Origin: Capsulimonadaceae bacterium
GTDB lineage: Bacteria; Armatimonadota; Armatimonadia; Armatimonadales; Capsulimonadaceae
Direction: 5' to 3'
DNA length: 64,000 bases
NCBI GenBank assembly: GCA_965215505.1
Contig: OZ244065.1
Coordinates: 3,904,001 to 3,968,000, forward strand
Every line of letters starts with the position of its first letter. The stretch's first letter is position 1. The translations under genes and the position numbers were made by a program. The notes under the pieces were generated by a model, which did not search any database, was not told where the DNA came from, and saw nothing but the letters and a program-made list of their open reading frames with translations. Shown piece by piece: positions 36,178 through 44,622 of this stretch.

Positions 36178-39030
36178 ATGACCCCGAAAAGACTGTTCCT
36201 GAAAAGACTGTTCCTCGCGGCGGCCGTGCCCGCCGGGGCCTGCCTCGCCCTGGCGGCGTCGGCCCAGACCCCGTCCCCGCCCGCATCGCCTGCGGGCGGG
36301 CAGATGACCCCCCTCCGGCCCCCGGCCACCCCGCTGATCGTCCGGTCGCCCTATGTCAGCACCTGGCAGACCGCCGACTCGCTGGCCGGGACGCGGCCCG
36401 CCTTCTGGGCCGGACGCGCCAAGCCGATCACCGGCATCGCCCGCGTGGATGGCCAGTCCTACGTTTTCCTGGGCGACCCGCGCGATGCCGACGACAAGCC
36501 GCTCGCCCCGCCGATGACCCAGACCAGCCTTTCCGTCACGCCCACGCAGTCGCTCTACAAGATGTCGGGCGGCGGCGTCACGGTTTCGCTGGACTTCCTC
36601 TCGCCGGTCGAGCCGACCGACTTGCAGCGCCTGTCCGTGCCCTTCGGCTACGTCTTCGCCACCGCCCGCAGCGCAGACGGCAAGCCGCACACGGTCAGCC
36701 TGTACTTCGACATCACCGGCGCGTGGGCGCACGGGGACGACAACGCGCCCATCACCTGGGAGCGCCGGAGCATCCCCGGCATTGGGCAGACCCTCGCGGC
36801 CTTTGCGGTGACGCCCGCCGCTCCCAAGGTGCTGGGCGAGACGAACGACTACCCCCTGTGGGGGACGGCCGTCCTGGCGACCGCCGACCGGCCGGGCCTG
36901 ACGGCGCAGGCCGGCCAGGATACGGTTGTCCGCACCGCCGCGATCAGCAGCGGCGTCCTGGGCGGCTCCGTGGACGCCGACCAGCCGCGCGCCATCAACA
37001 GCCGTCCGCCGGTCTTCGCCTTCGACTTCGCCTTGGGCCAGGTCGGCAAGTCCGAAACCAAGCCCCTCGTTCTGGCCCTGGGTGATGTCCGCGACCCCGC
37101 CGTCAGCTATCAGGGTAAGCCGATCCAGCCGCTCTGGCGCTCCTACTGGCCGGAGTGGACCCAGATGATGGCCTCGTTCTACGCCGACGCAGGCACCGAG
37201 CGTTCGCGCGCCGACCGGATGGACAAGCGGGTCATGTCCGACGCGACGAAAGCCGGCGGCGCGAAGTACGCCGCCCTGTGCGCGCTGGCCTTGCGCCAGG
37301 CCTTCGGGGCGACCGAGATGGTCGGCACCCTGGGCAAGCCGTGGATGTTCATGAAGGAGATCAGCTCCGACGGCAACATCTCCACTGTGGACGTCATGTA
37401 CCCGTCCTTCCCCGCCTTCCTGTATGCCGACCCGCGCCTGGTGCGGATGCAACTCGACCCGCTCTTCGACTATGTGGAGGCGGGCCACTGGCCGCAGCCC
37501 TTCGCCCCGCACGACATCGGCGCGTCCTACCCGAACGCGGACGGCCACAACGACGGCGGCGGCGAGAACATGCCCGTCGAAGAGTCCGCCAACATGCTGA
37601 TCATGGCCGCCGCCTACATGCGCTACGTCCCCAAGAGCGAGGCCGCGCCCTATGCCCGCGCCCACTACCGCGCCCTCAAGCAGTGGGCCGACTACCTGCT
37701 CTCGGTGCCTAAGGGCGGCACGGCGGCCAACGCCCTGGACCCGCTCTACCAGAACCAGACCGACGACTTCACCGGCTCCATCGCCCACAGCGTCAACCTC
37801 GCCCTCAAAGGCATCGAGGGGGTCGGGGCCATGGGCCAGATTGCAGGCTACGCGGGCGACGCGCCGGGCGCGGCTCATTACGGCGGCGCGGCGAAAACGC
37901 TCATCGCCGAGTGGGCGCGGCGGGCACAGTCCAAGACCGGTCCGCACCTGACCATGCAGTACATCGAGGCGGACACGCCCAAGCCCGCCGGCTGGACGGC
38001 GGGCGTCGTCGGCCCGCATGCCCTCAGCCTGAGCGGCGTGGGCGGGGCGGACGCGCCGAAGCCCGCCGTGGACACGACCAAGAGCTACACGGTCTCGGCC
38101 TGGGTCAAGGTCGCCCGCATCGAGGGCTTCCAGACCTTCGTGAGCATTGACGCCGCCCACGTCAGCGGCTTCTTCCTCCAGCTCCGGGGCGACACCGGCA
38201 AGTTCAGCATGAGCGCCCTGGGCCGCGACAGCAGCGAGGGGGCGGGGGGCGTCTCGGCGGTCGCCCTGGCCCCGCCCGCCGTGGACACCTGGTATCACCT
38301 CGCGGGCGTCTACGACGCCGACGCGCACACGCTCTCCCTGTACGTCAACGGAGCCTTGCAGCAGACCGTCCCGTACACCTCGGCCTTCCGCGCGGACGGC
38401 CACACGGCCATCGGGCGCGGCTTCTACAACGGCGGCCGGACGGACTTCGTCAGCGGGGCGATAGACGACGTGCGCTTCTACCAGTCGGCCCTCCCCGCCG
38501 CCGCCGTCCTGGCGCTCTCCTCGCCCGGCGGGGCCGCCCCGGCCGCCCCGGCCCCCGCGTCCTATTGGACATTCGACGAGGGCACGGGCACGACGGTGGC
38601 CGACACGGCGGGCGGCGACAACGCGACCATCGAGGCCGGCGCGGCGGACCCGGACAACGCCTGGAGCCTGAAGTACAACGCCTTCCCCGACCGCGTCCTG
38701 GGGCTGAACCTCATTCCCAAGTCCATACTCCAGGAGGAGGCGAAGTTCTACCTGACCAAGCTCGGGCCGTTCGGCGTCCCGCTGGACATCCGGCACTCCT
38801 ACACCAAGGCGGACTGGGAGCTGTGGACGGCGGCCTCCACCGACGACGCCGCTTTGCGGCAGGGCTTCGTGGACGGCATCTACAACTTCGCCGACACGTC
38901 CCCGTCGCGCGTCCCCTTCAGCGACTGGTACGACACGGTATCGGTCCTGTATCAAGGCTTCCGCGCCCGCCCGGTCATCGGCGGCGTCTTCGCCATCCTG
39001 GACCGCACCGCGCTGAAGGTGGGGGAGTGA
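36178..39030 (+). CDS. Secreted glutaminase-A-like (DUF5127/DUF4965/DUF1793-type) protein with inserted LamG domain
   Basis: RPPATPLIVRSPY, KEISSDGNISTVDV.YP, APHDIG..YP, MPVEESANM, QTDDF, YTKADW, ARPVIGG. Confidence 0.85.
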   Translation: MTPKRLFLKRLFLAAAVPAGACLALAASAQTPSPPASPAGGQMTPLRPPATPLIVRSPYVSTWQTADSLAGTRPAFWAGRAKPITGIARVDGQSYVFLGDPRDADDKPLAPPMTQTSLSVTPTQSLYKMSGGGVTVSLDFLSPVEPTDLQRLSVPFGYVFATARSADGKPHTVSLYFDITGAWAHGDDNAPITWERRSIPGIGQTLAAFAVTPAAPKVLGETNDYPLWGTAVLATADRPGLTAQAGQDTVVRTAAISSGVLGGSVDADQPRAINSRPPVFAFDFALGQVGKSETKPLVLALGDVRDPAVSYQGKPIQPLWRSYWPEWTQMMASFYADAGTERSRADRMDKRVMSDATKAGGAKYAALCALALRQAFGATEMVGTLGKPWMFMKEISSDGNISTVDVMYPSFPAFLYADPRLVRMQLDPLFDYVEAGHWPQPFAPHDIGASYPNADGHNDGGGENMPVEESANMLIMAAAYMRYVPKSEAAPYARAHYRALKQWADYLLSVPKGGTAANALDPLYQNQTDDFTGSIAHSVNLALKGIEGVGAMGQIAGYAGDAPGAAHYGGAAKTLIAEWARRAQSKTGPHLTMQYIEADTPKPAGWTAGVVGPHALSLSGVGGADAPKPAVDTTKSYTVSAWVKVARIEGFQTFVSIDAAHVSGFFLQLRGDTGKFSMSALGRDSSEGAGGVSAVALAPPAVDTWYHLAGVYDADAHTLSLYVNGALQQTVPYTSAFRADGHTAIGRGFYNGGRTDFVSGAIDDVRFYQSALPAAAVLALSSPGGAAPAAPAPASYWTFDEGTGTTVADTAGGDNATIEAGAADPDNAWSLKYNAFPDRVLGLNLIPKSILQEEAKFYLTKLGPFGVPLDIRHSYTKADWELWTAASTDDAALRQGFVDGIYNFADTSPSRVPFSDWYDTVSVLYQGFRARPVIGGVFAILDRTALKVGE

Positions 39031-39032
39031 CA

Positions 39033-39170
39033 CCGGCCATGAATGGCCGGTCTACTGTTGAGTGGAAACCCCTCCGGGGTTGGGGATTGTGACGATGGCG
39101 CTTCCTATGTCCTTTCCTCAGTCGCGGAGCGGCTTTCATTCGAGAGTAGGTCGCCCATTCATGGCCGGTA
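39033..39170. repeat. REP-like inverted pair
   Basis: ccggccatgaatggccggtctac and gtaggtcgcccattcatggccgg; same family as 29729. Confidence 0.65.
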
Positions 39171-39428
39171 TTTTATCATTCCGCGCCCCCCAGCGGCGTG
39201 GTCACTCTGATGAAACCTCCAGCCCCTCGTCCGCGAAGGGCGGAAAGGCAGAGTCTCTGTTATTTCGCAACACTCACCACACCTCAAGCATGATTACAAG
39301 GAGATGGTGTTCTGCTTACGAAACGACATAAATCGGGGTTCGCCGTACTCCCGGTTAGAAGTCTCCACGCGGGCCGGCGACGGTGCTGAGTTGTCGTTTA
39401 TTCGCCGGTCTCGTGCTACAATCGAGGC

Positions 39429-40055
39429 ATGAAAACGGCGCGACAGACGGCCGCAGGCCGGCGGCTCTCCCTGCTCCAGGCGGCACTGGAGCTTTTCTCC
39501 ACGCACGGTTATGACGGCACGACCACTCGGGCGATCGCCCAGCGGGTCGGGGTGACGGAGGCTTTGGTGTTCAAGCATTTCCGCACCAAGCGGGAACTGC
39601 TCCGTGCCGTCGTGGCGGAGTTCGGCCCGCGCCGGATGTTCCCGCCGCCGCCTCCATCCCTCCAAACAATCCCCGCCCGCGCGGCCCTGGAGACGTTCAT
39701 CACGCAGTACCTCGACACGTTCTGGGCCAACCGCGCCTTCCTGCGGATGCTGCTCATGGCGACCGACCGCGACCGGGCCGCCCTTGAGGAATTGCGGGCG
39801 CAGTTCTGGACCCTGGCGCTGTCCCTGCACGCGCTGCTGCAGGAGCGGGCCGCACGGGGCGAGCTGCGGCCCGACAGCGCCGTCGCGGCGACCGACGTGA
39901 TCTCCGCCTCCACCAGCGGCTTTTTGCAGCGGTCGCTGAGCGAGGAACCCGAGGACTGGGCCGCCGCCCGTAGCCAGTTCGTCGCGCACCTACTTCAAAC
40001 CCTGTTTGACGGCCTTCAGGAAAAAAAAGAATCGTCCGACGGCGAGTTCTCTTGA
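39429..40055 (+). CDS. TetR/AcrR family transcriptional regulator
   Basis: GYDGTTTRAIAQRVGVTEALVFKHFRTK. Confidence 0.9.
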   Translation: MKTARQTAAGRRLSLLQAALELFSTHGYDGTTTRAIAQRVGVTEALVFKHFRTKRELLRAVVAEFGPRRMFPPPPPSLQTIPARAALETFITQYLDTFWANRAFLRMLLMATDRDRAALEELRAQFWTLALSLHALLQERAARGELRPDSAVAATDVISASTSGFLQRSLSEEPEDWAAARSQFVAHLLQTLFDGLQEKKESSDGEFS

Positions 40056-40078
40056 AACATTTCTTTCCGCGAGTCGTA
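40053..40078 (+). promoter_or_regulatory. ECF-type promoter TGAAAC-N16-CGTA
   Basis: Matches the 34662 motif; overlaps the TetR stop codon. Confidence 0.65.
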
Positions 40079-40133
40079 TGGTAAGTGAACACTCACCAGT
40101 ATGGGTGTAAAAGTCTTCGGGGGAGAAAGTTTG

Positions 40134-41462
40134 TTGAAAGTCTGGAGAGCGACGGTCTGGTTTTCGGCGGTCTTGCTGTCGGCGGCGGTGGGGCTGGCCT
40201 GTCTCGGCGGCCCGGCGGCGCGCCCCGTCGCGACGCGCGCGGCCGCGCCGGCGGGGACGGTGACGTTCGCCCGAGACATCGCGCCGATCCTAAACGAGAA
40301 GTGCGTCACCTGCCACCGTGCCGGTGAGGTCGCGCCGTTCGCGCTGACCAGCTACGCCGACGCCAGGAAGCGGGCCGCCTTCCTCGCCGCCGTCACTCGG
40401 AGCCGCTACATGCCGCCCTGGAAGGCCGACTCCCATGGCCAGTTCCTGGACGAGCGCCGGCTGACCGATTCCCAGATCGCCGCCATCCGGAAGTGGAGCG
40501 ACGAGGGGGCGCCGTTGGGCGACCCCCACGCCCTGCCGCCCACGCCGCACTTCGCGTCGGGCTGGCGGCTGGGAACGCCCGACGCCGAGTTCCAGCCCGC
40601 CCGCAGCTACACGCTGGCCGCCGACGGGAACGACGTTTACCGCTGCTTCGTCATCCCCACTCACTACAAGGAAGACCGCTGGGTGACGGCGATGCAGTTG
40701 CGGCCCGGCAATGCCAAGATTGTCCACCACACCCTGGTCTACCTGGACACCACGAGCAAGGCGCGGCAGCTTGAGGCGCAGGCCCACGACGGCAACCCCG
40801 GCTTCAGCCAGGCGGGCTTCACCGGCTCGGAGCTGCTGGGCGTCTGGGCCCCCGGCAACGACCCGCGCCGGCTGCCCCCCGGCGTCGGCATCCGGCTGCC
40901 CAAGGATGCCGACATCGTCTTGCAGGTCCACTACCACAAGGACGGCAAGCCGGAGACCGACCTGACCCGGCTCGGCCTCTACTTCGCCCAGGGGGCCGTG
41001 GACAAGCCGCTGCGCATCTTCCCGCTCCCGGCCTGGCTCTGGATTGCGCCGGGCGACGCGCACTATGTCACCCACGCCGACCTGACTGTTCCCGCCGACG
41101 CCACCCTGCTGGAGGTGATGCCCCACATGCACCTGCTGGGGCGCACGATGACGGTCACGGCGACCCCGCCGGGGGCGACAGCCGCGCAAACGCTGGTCGA
41201 TGTCCCGGACTGGGACTTCAACTGGCAGTCCACCTACGTCTACAAGCGGCCGGTCGAACTGCCGAAGGGGACGAAGATCCACATGACGGCGACCTATGAC
41301 AACTCGGCGGCGAACCCGCGCAACCCGACCCACCCGCCCAAACTGGTGACGTGGGGCGAGCAGACCACCGACGAGATGTGCCTCGCCTTTTTGTTCTTCA
41401 CGGTGGACGCCGAACACGCCCCGCAGGGCAAAGGCAAGGTCGCCGCGCGCCCGACGCGCTAG
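40134..41462 (+). CDS. Secreted cytochrome c / copper type II monooxygenase-like protein (paralogue 2)
   Basis: CVTCH; IVHH, HYH, PHMH, DEMC; TTG 40134 after GGAG chosen, ATG 40101 also possible. Confidence 0.85.
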   Translation: MKVWRATVWFSAVLLSAAVGLACLGGPAARPVATRAAAPAGTVTFARDIAPILNEKCVTCHRAGEVAPFALTSYADARKRAAFLAAVTRSRYMPPWKADSHGQFLDERRLTDSQIAAIRKWSDEGAPLGDPHALPPTPHFASGWRLGTPDAEFQPARSYTLAADGNDVYRCFVIPTHYKEDRWVTAMQLRPGNAKIVHHTLVYLDTTSKARQLEAQAHDGNPGFSQAGFTGSELLGVWAPGNDPRRLPPGVGIRLPKDADIVLQVHYHKDGKPETDLTRLGLYFAQGAVDKPLRIFPLPAWLWIAPGDAHYVTHADLTVPADATLLEVMPHMHLLGRTMTVTATPPGATAAQTLVDVPDWDFNWQSTYVYKRPVELPKGTKIHMTATYDNSAANPRNPTHPPKLVTWGEQTTDEMCLAFLFFTVDAEHAPQGKGKVAARPTR

Positions 41463-41513
41463 GCGTTAACCGCTGAACGAGAACCGCTGAACGGGAACCA
41501 GAAAGCGACAACC

Positions 41514-43580
41514 ATGCACCGCAACAACAAACTCTGGAACAACAAACTCTGGGCAGTCAACGCGCTGGCGCTGGTCGTTTTGTCGGCCTGCGCCCTTCTC
41601 GCCGCCCCGACGCCGCCCCGCGAGGTGGTGCGCTCCTCCCAAATCCTGCGCTCCTCCCAGGTCCAGCGCTCCTCCCAGGTCCTGCACTCCTCCCAGGTCC
41701 TTCACCCGACCTTTACCAGAGACATCGCCCCGGTCGTCTTCGCGCAGTGTTCCTCCTGCCACCGGGCGGGTGAGGTCGCGCCGTTCTCCCTGCTGACCTA
41801 CCGGGACGTGCGGAAGCGGGCGCGGCAGATCGCCCTCGTCACCGACCAGCGCATCATGCCGCCCTGGAAGCCTGTGCCCGGCTACGGCGAATTCCAGCAT
41901 GAGCGGCGGCTGACGGACGCACAGATCGCCCTGTTCCGGCGGTGGGCGGAGGCGGGCGCTCCCGAGGGCAAGCCCGCCGACCTGCCGCCCGCCCCGCGCT
42001 TCGCGGACGGCTGGCAGCTCGGCAAGCCCGACATGGTCCTCTCCATGCTGAAGCCCGTCACGATCCCCGCCGAGGGGCAGGACGTCAACCGCAGCTACGT
42101 CATCCCTGTCCACATGCCGAAGGGCCGCTACCTCCGGGCGGCCGAGTTCCGGCCCGGCAACCGCCGCGTCGTCCACCACGGGACGGCGATGCTGGACAGC
42201 AGCGGCAAGGCATTGGCCCTGGAAGCGCGGCAGGGCGGGCCGGGCGCGGGCTACGTCTCCTTCGGCGGGCCGGGGTTCCTTCCGTCCGGCGGGCTGCCCG
42301 GCTACGCGCCGGGCATGGGGGCCGAGGTCTTCCCCGCCGACGCCTCCGGCGTTCTCCCCAAGGACGTGGACGTCGTGATGGGGATGCACTACCATCCGGA
42401 CGGGAAACTGGAAACCGATCAGTCCTCTATCGGCCTGTATTTCACCGACACGCCCCCGGTGCGCGTCGGCTCCCTCGTCACCATGGGGGCGCTGAACCTG
42501 GTCATCGAGCCGGGCGAGAAGGCGCATCTGGAACAGGACACCTACACGCTGCCCGTGGACGTGGACGTCGAGGCCGTCTACGAACACATGCACCTGCTCG
42601 GCAAGACCTGCAAGATGTGGGCCGCGCTGCCCGACGGCACGACCCGGCCGCTGATCCGGATCAACGACTGGGACTTTAGCTGGCAGGCGACCTACCACCT
42701 GAAGCGGCGCCTGCACCTGCCCCGAGGCACCGTCCTCCACGCCGAGTGGACGCACGACAACACGGCGGACAACCCGCACCAGTTCAACACGCCGCCGAAG
42801 CGGGTCACGAACGGCGAGAACAGCACGAACGAGATGGGCGGGGCGCTGATCAACGTCTATGTCGCCGACCAGAAGGACAACGGCATCCTCTGGATCGCCA
42901 ACCTCGGCCACCTGTGGCAGTTAAGCGTCGCCCCGCCCGCCCGTCCCGCCCCTGAGAAGAGGACCAGCGCCCGCAAGAAGAGGACAACCCCGCTCGGGTA
43001 CACGCTGGCCGCGGGCGGCATCAACGGCGTCACTGACTTCCTCATCAGCCTGGACCGGTCGCCGGGCGGGACACTCGGCGGAGGCCTTGCGGGCGGCGCG
43101 GCGCTCTGCCTGGTCTGCCTTGCGGTCCCGGCGCGTCTTCTCCCGCGCGCGTCGTCGCGGGCCGCCGAGGTGCTGGCGGCCTCGCCGTGGCGCTGCCTCG
43201 GGGCCGGCCTGCTCGCGCTGCTTGCGCTGAGTCTCATCACGCCCCCTCTGCTGTTTTCCCCCAGCGCCTTCCTCCAAGCACTGGCCGTGGCCCTCTGGGG
43301 CGGTGCGCTGGCAGCCCTGCTGGCGGGGTCCGGGGGGCTGGCGCGTCGCGCGAGCCGCCGCTTCTTCCGGCAGGCCGGGCCGGACCCGACGCCCGCCGTC
43401 CTGGTGAAAGGCAGCCTTCTCCTCACTCTGCTGTTCCTGCTGCCCGTCATCGGCTGGCTGCTCGCTCCCGCCGCACTCGTCGCCTCGCTCGGCGCGGGCC
43501 TCTGCGCCCTGCGCTTGCCTCGAATCGGCGTCCGGGCGCTCCCCCGCCGCGTCCCCCTCGTGAAAGCCGCCGCCCGATGA
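41514..43580 (+). CDS. Cytochrome c / copper type II monooxygenase-like protein (paralogue 3) with C-terminal multi-TM tail
   Basis: CSSCH; VVHH, HYH, EHMH, NEMG; last ~190 aa hydrophobic helices. Confidence 0.8.
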   Translation: MHRNNKLWNNKLWAVNALALVVLSACALLAAPTPPREVVRSSQILRSSQVQRSSQVLHSSQVLHPTFTRDIAPVVFAQCSSCHRAGEVAPFSLLTYRDVRKRARQIALVTDQRIMPPWKPVPGYGEFQHERRLTDAQIALFRRWAEAGAPEGKPADLPPAPRFADGWQLGKPDMVLSMLKPVTIPAEGQDVNRSYVIPVHMPKGRYLRAAEFRPGNRRVVHHGTAMLDSSGKALALEARQGGPGAGYVSFGGPGFLPSGGLPGYAPGMGAEVFPADASGVLPKDVDVVMGMHYHPDGKLETDQSSIGLYFTDTPPVRVGSLVTMGALNLVIEPGEKAHLEQDTYTLPVDVDVEAVYEHMHLLGKTCKMWAALPDGTTRPLIRINDWDFSWQATYHLKRRLHLPRGTVLHAEWTHDNTADNPHQFNTPPKRVTNGENSTNEMGGALINVYVADQKDNGILWIANLGHLWQLSVAPPARPAPEKRTSARKKRTTPLGYTLAAGGINGVTDFLISLDRSPGGTLGGGLAGGAALCLVCLAVPARLLPRASSRAAEVLAASPWRCLGAGLLALLALSLITPPLLFSPSAFLQALAVALWGGALAALLAGSGGLARRASRRFFRQAGPDPTPAVLVKGSLLLTLLFLLPVIGWLLAPAALVASLGAGLCALRLPRIGVRALPRRVPLVKAAAR

Positions 43581-44128
43581 AACCATCCACGCTTCGCCCG
43601 TCACGTTTGCTCCCGGCCCTGATTACCCTCCTCTGCCTGCTCGCGATTGGCTCGCGGGCGGAGGCGGGCGGCGGCCCGCTGCCGAGCGCCGTCGGCAAGA
43701 AGGCCGTCGTGCTGCTGTTCATCGCCCGCGACTGCCCCGTCTCGAACTCCTACGCGCCCGAGATCGAGCGCATCATCGCCCGCTACACGCCCCTGAAGGT
43801 CGGCTTTACGCTCGTCTACCCGGACCCCGACACGTCGCTCGCCGCCGCCCGGCAGCACGCGAAGGACTATGGCTACACCTGCCCCCTCCTTCTGGACTCA
43901 GCCCACAAACTGGTGCGCCGGGCCGGCGCGACCGTCACGCCCGAGGCCGCCGTGTTCGCGCCGGGCGGCAGACTGCTTTACCGGGGCCGCATTGACGACC
44001 TCTACCTCGGCTTCGGCAAGCGCCGCAACGCCGCCACCCGTCACGACCTGCGGGACGCCCTCGACGCCGTCCTGGCCGGGCACGCCGTCCCCGCGCCCCG
44101 GACGGAGGCCATCGGCTGCTTCATCTGA
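43577..44128 (+). CDS. Secreted redoxin (thioredoxin-fold, AhpC/TSA-like) protein
   Basis: ATGA overlap with upstream stop; DCPVS, GATVTPEA, YRGRIDD, AIGC. Confidence 0.85.
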   Translation: MKPSTLRPSRLLPALITLLCLLAIGSRAEAGGGPLPSAVGKKAVVLLFIARDCPVSNSYAPEIERIIARYTPLKVGFTLVYPDPDTSLAAARQHAKDYGYTCPLLLDSAHKLVRRAGATVTPEAAVFAPGGRLLYRGRIDDLYLGFGKRRNAATRHDLRDALDAVLAGHAVPAPRTEAIGCFI

Positions 44129-44187
44129 GGAGTGTAGTGGTTTTTCCCGCACCGCGCGCGGGTAAAGGGCGGGAGAGGTAAGCAACT

Positions 44188-44481
44188 ATGACGATGGAAC
44201 AACTGCGCCAGGCACCCGCGCCGGGCCTGGGCCTGGACCCCGAAGACAGCGGAAATCTCGCCCCGACCAACCAGGACGCGCTCACCGAGGATCCCGACGA
44301 GGAACTGCCGGACGACGACTCGATGGACGGCCTGCCCGACGGCGACCGGCAGCTCACGACCGACAGCACGGCCTTGGATGGCGGCGGGGCGGGGGAGAGC
44401 GGGGATTACACCGGCGGCGGCACCAACGACAGCGACCTGGGCGCGGACGTGGCCGGCGACATCGGGCCAAAGCACGATTAG
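44188..44481 (+). CDS. Small, very acidic, probably disordered protein
   Basis: GAGG RBS; D/G-rich 97 aa. Confidence 0.7.
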   Translation: MTMEQLRQAPAPGLGLDPEDSGNLAPTNQDALTEDPDEELPDDDSMDGLPDGDRQLTTDSTALDGGGAGESGDYTGGGTNDSDLGADVAGDIGPKHD

Positions 44482-44499
44482 GGGCGGCTCCTGCAACCT

Positions 44500-44597
44500 G
44501 TAGGGGCGCGATTCATCGCGCCCTTCTGTTGCGGCCCGCGTAAGGCAGAGGAAGAGGGCGCGGCGGGAGAAGAGGGCGCGATGAATCGCGCCCCTAC
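44500..44597. repeat. GTAG-type REP doublet
   Basis: gtaggggcgcgattcatcgcgccc ... agggcgcgatgaatcgcgcccctac in inverted orientation. Confidence 0.8.
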
Positions 44598-44622
44598 GCC
44601 AGACGGAGTGCAGGCCAGCCGG

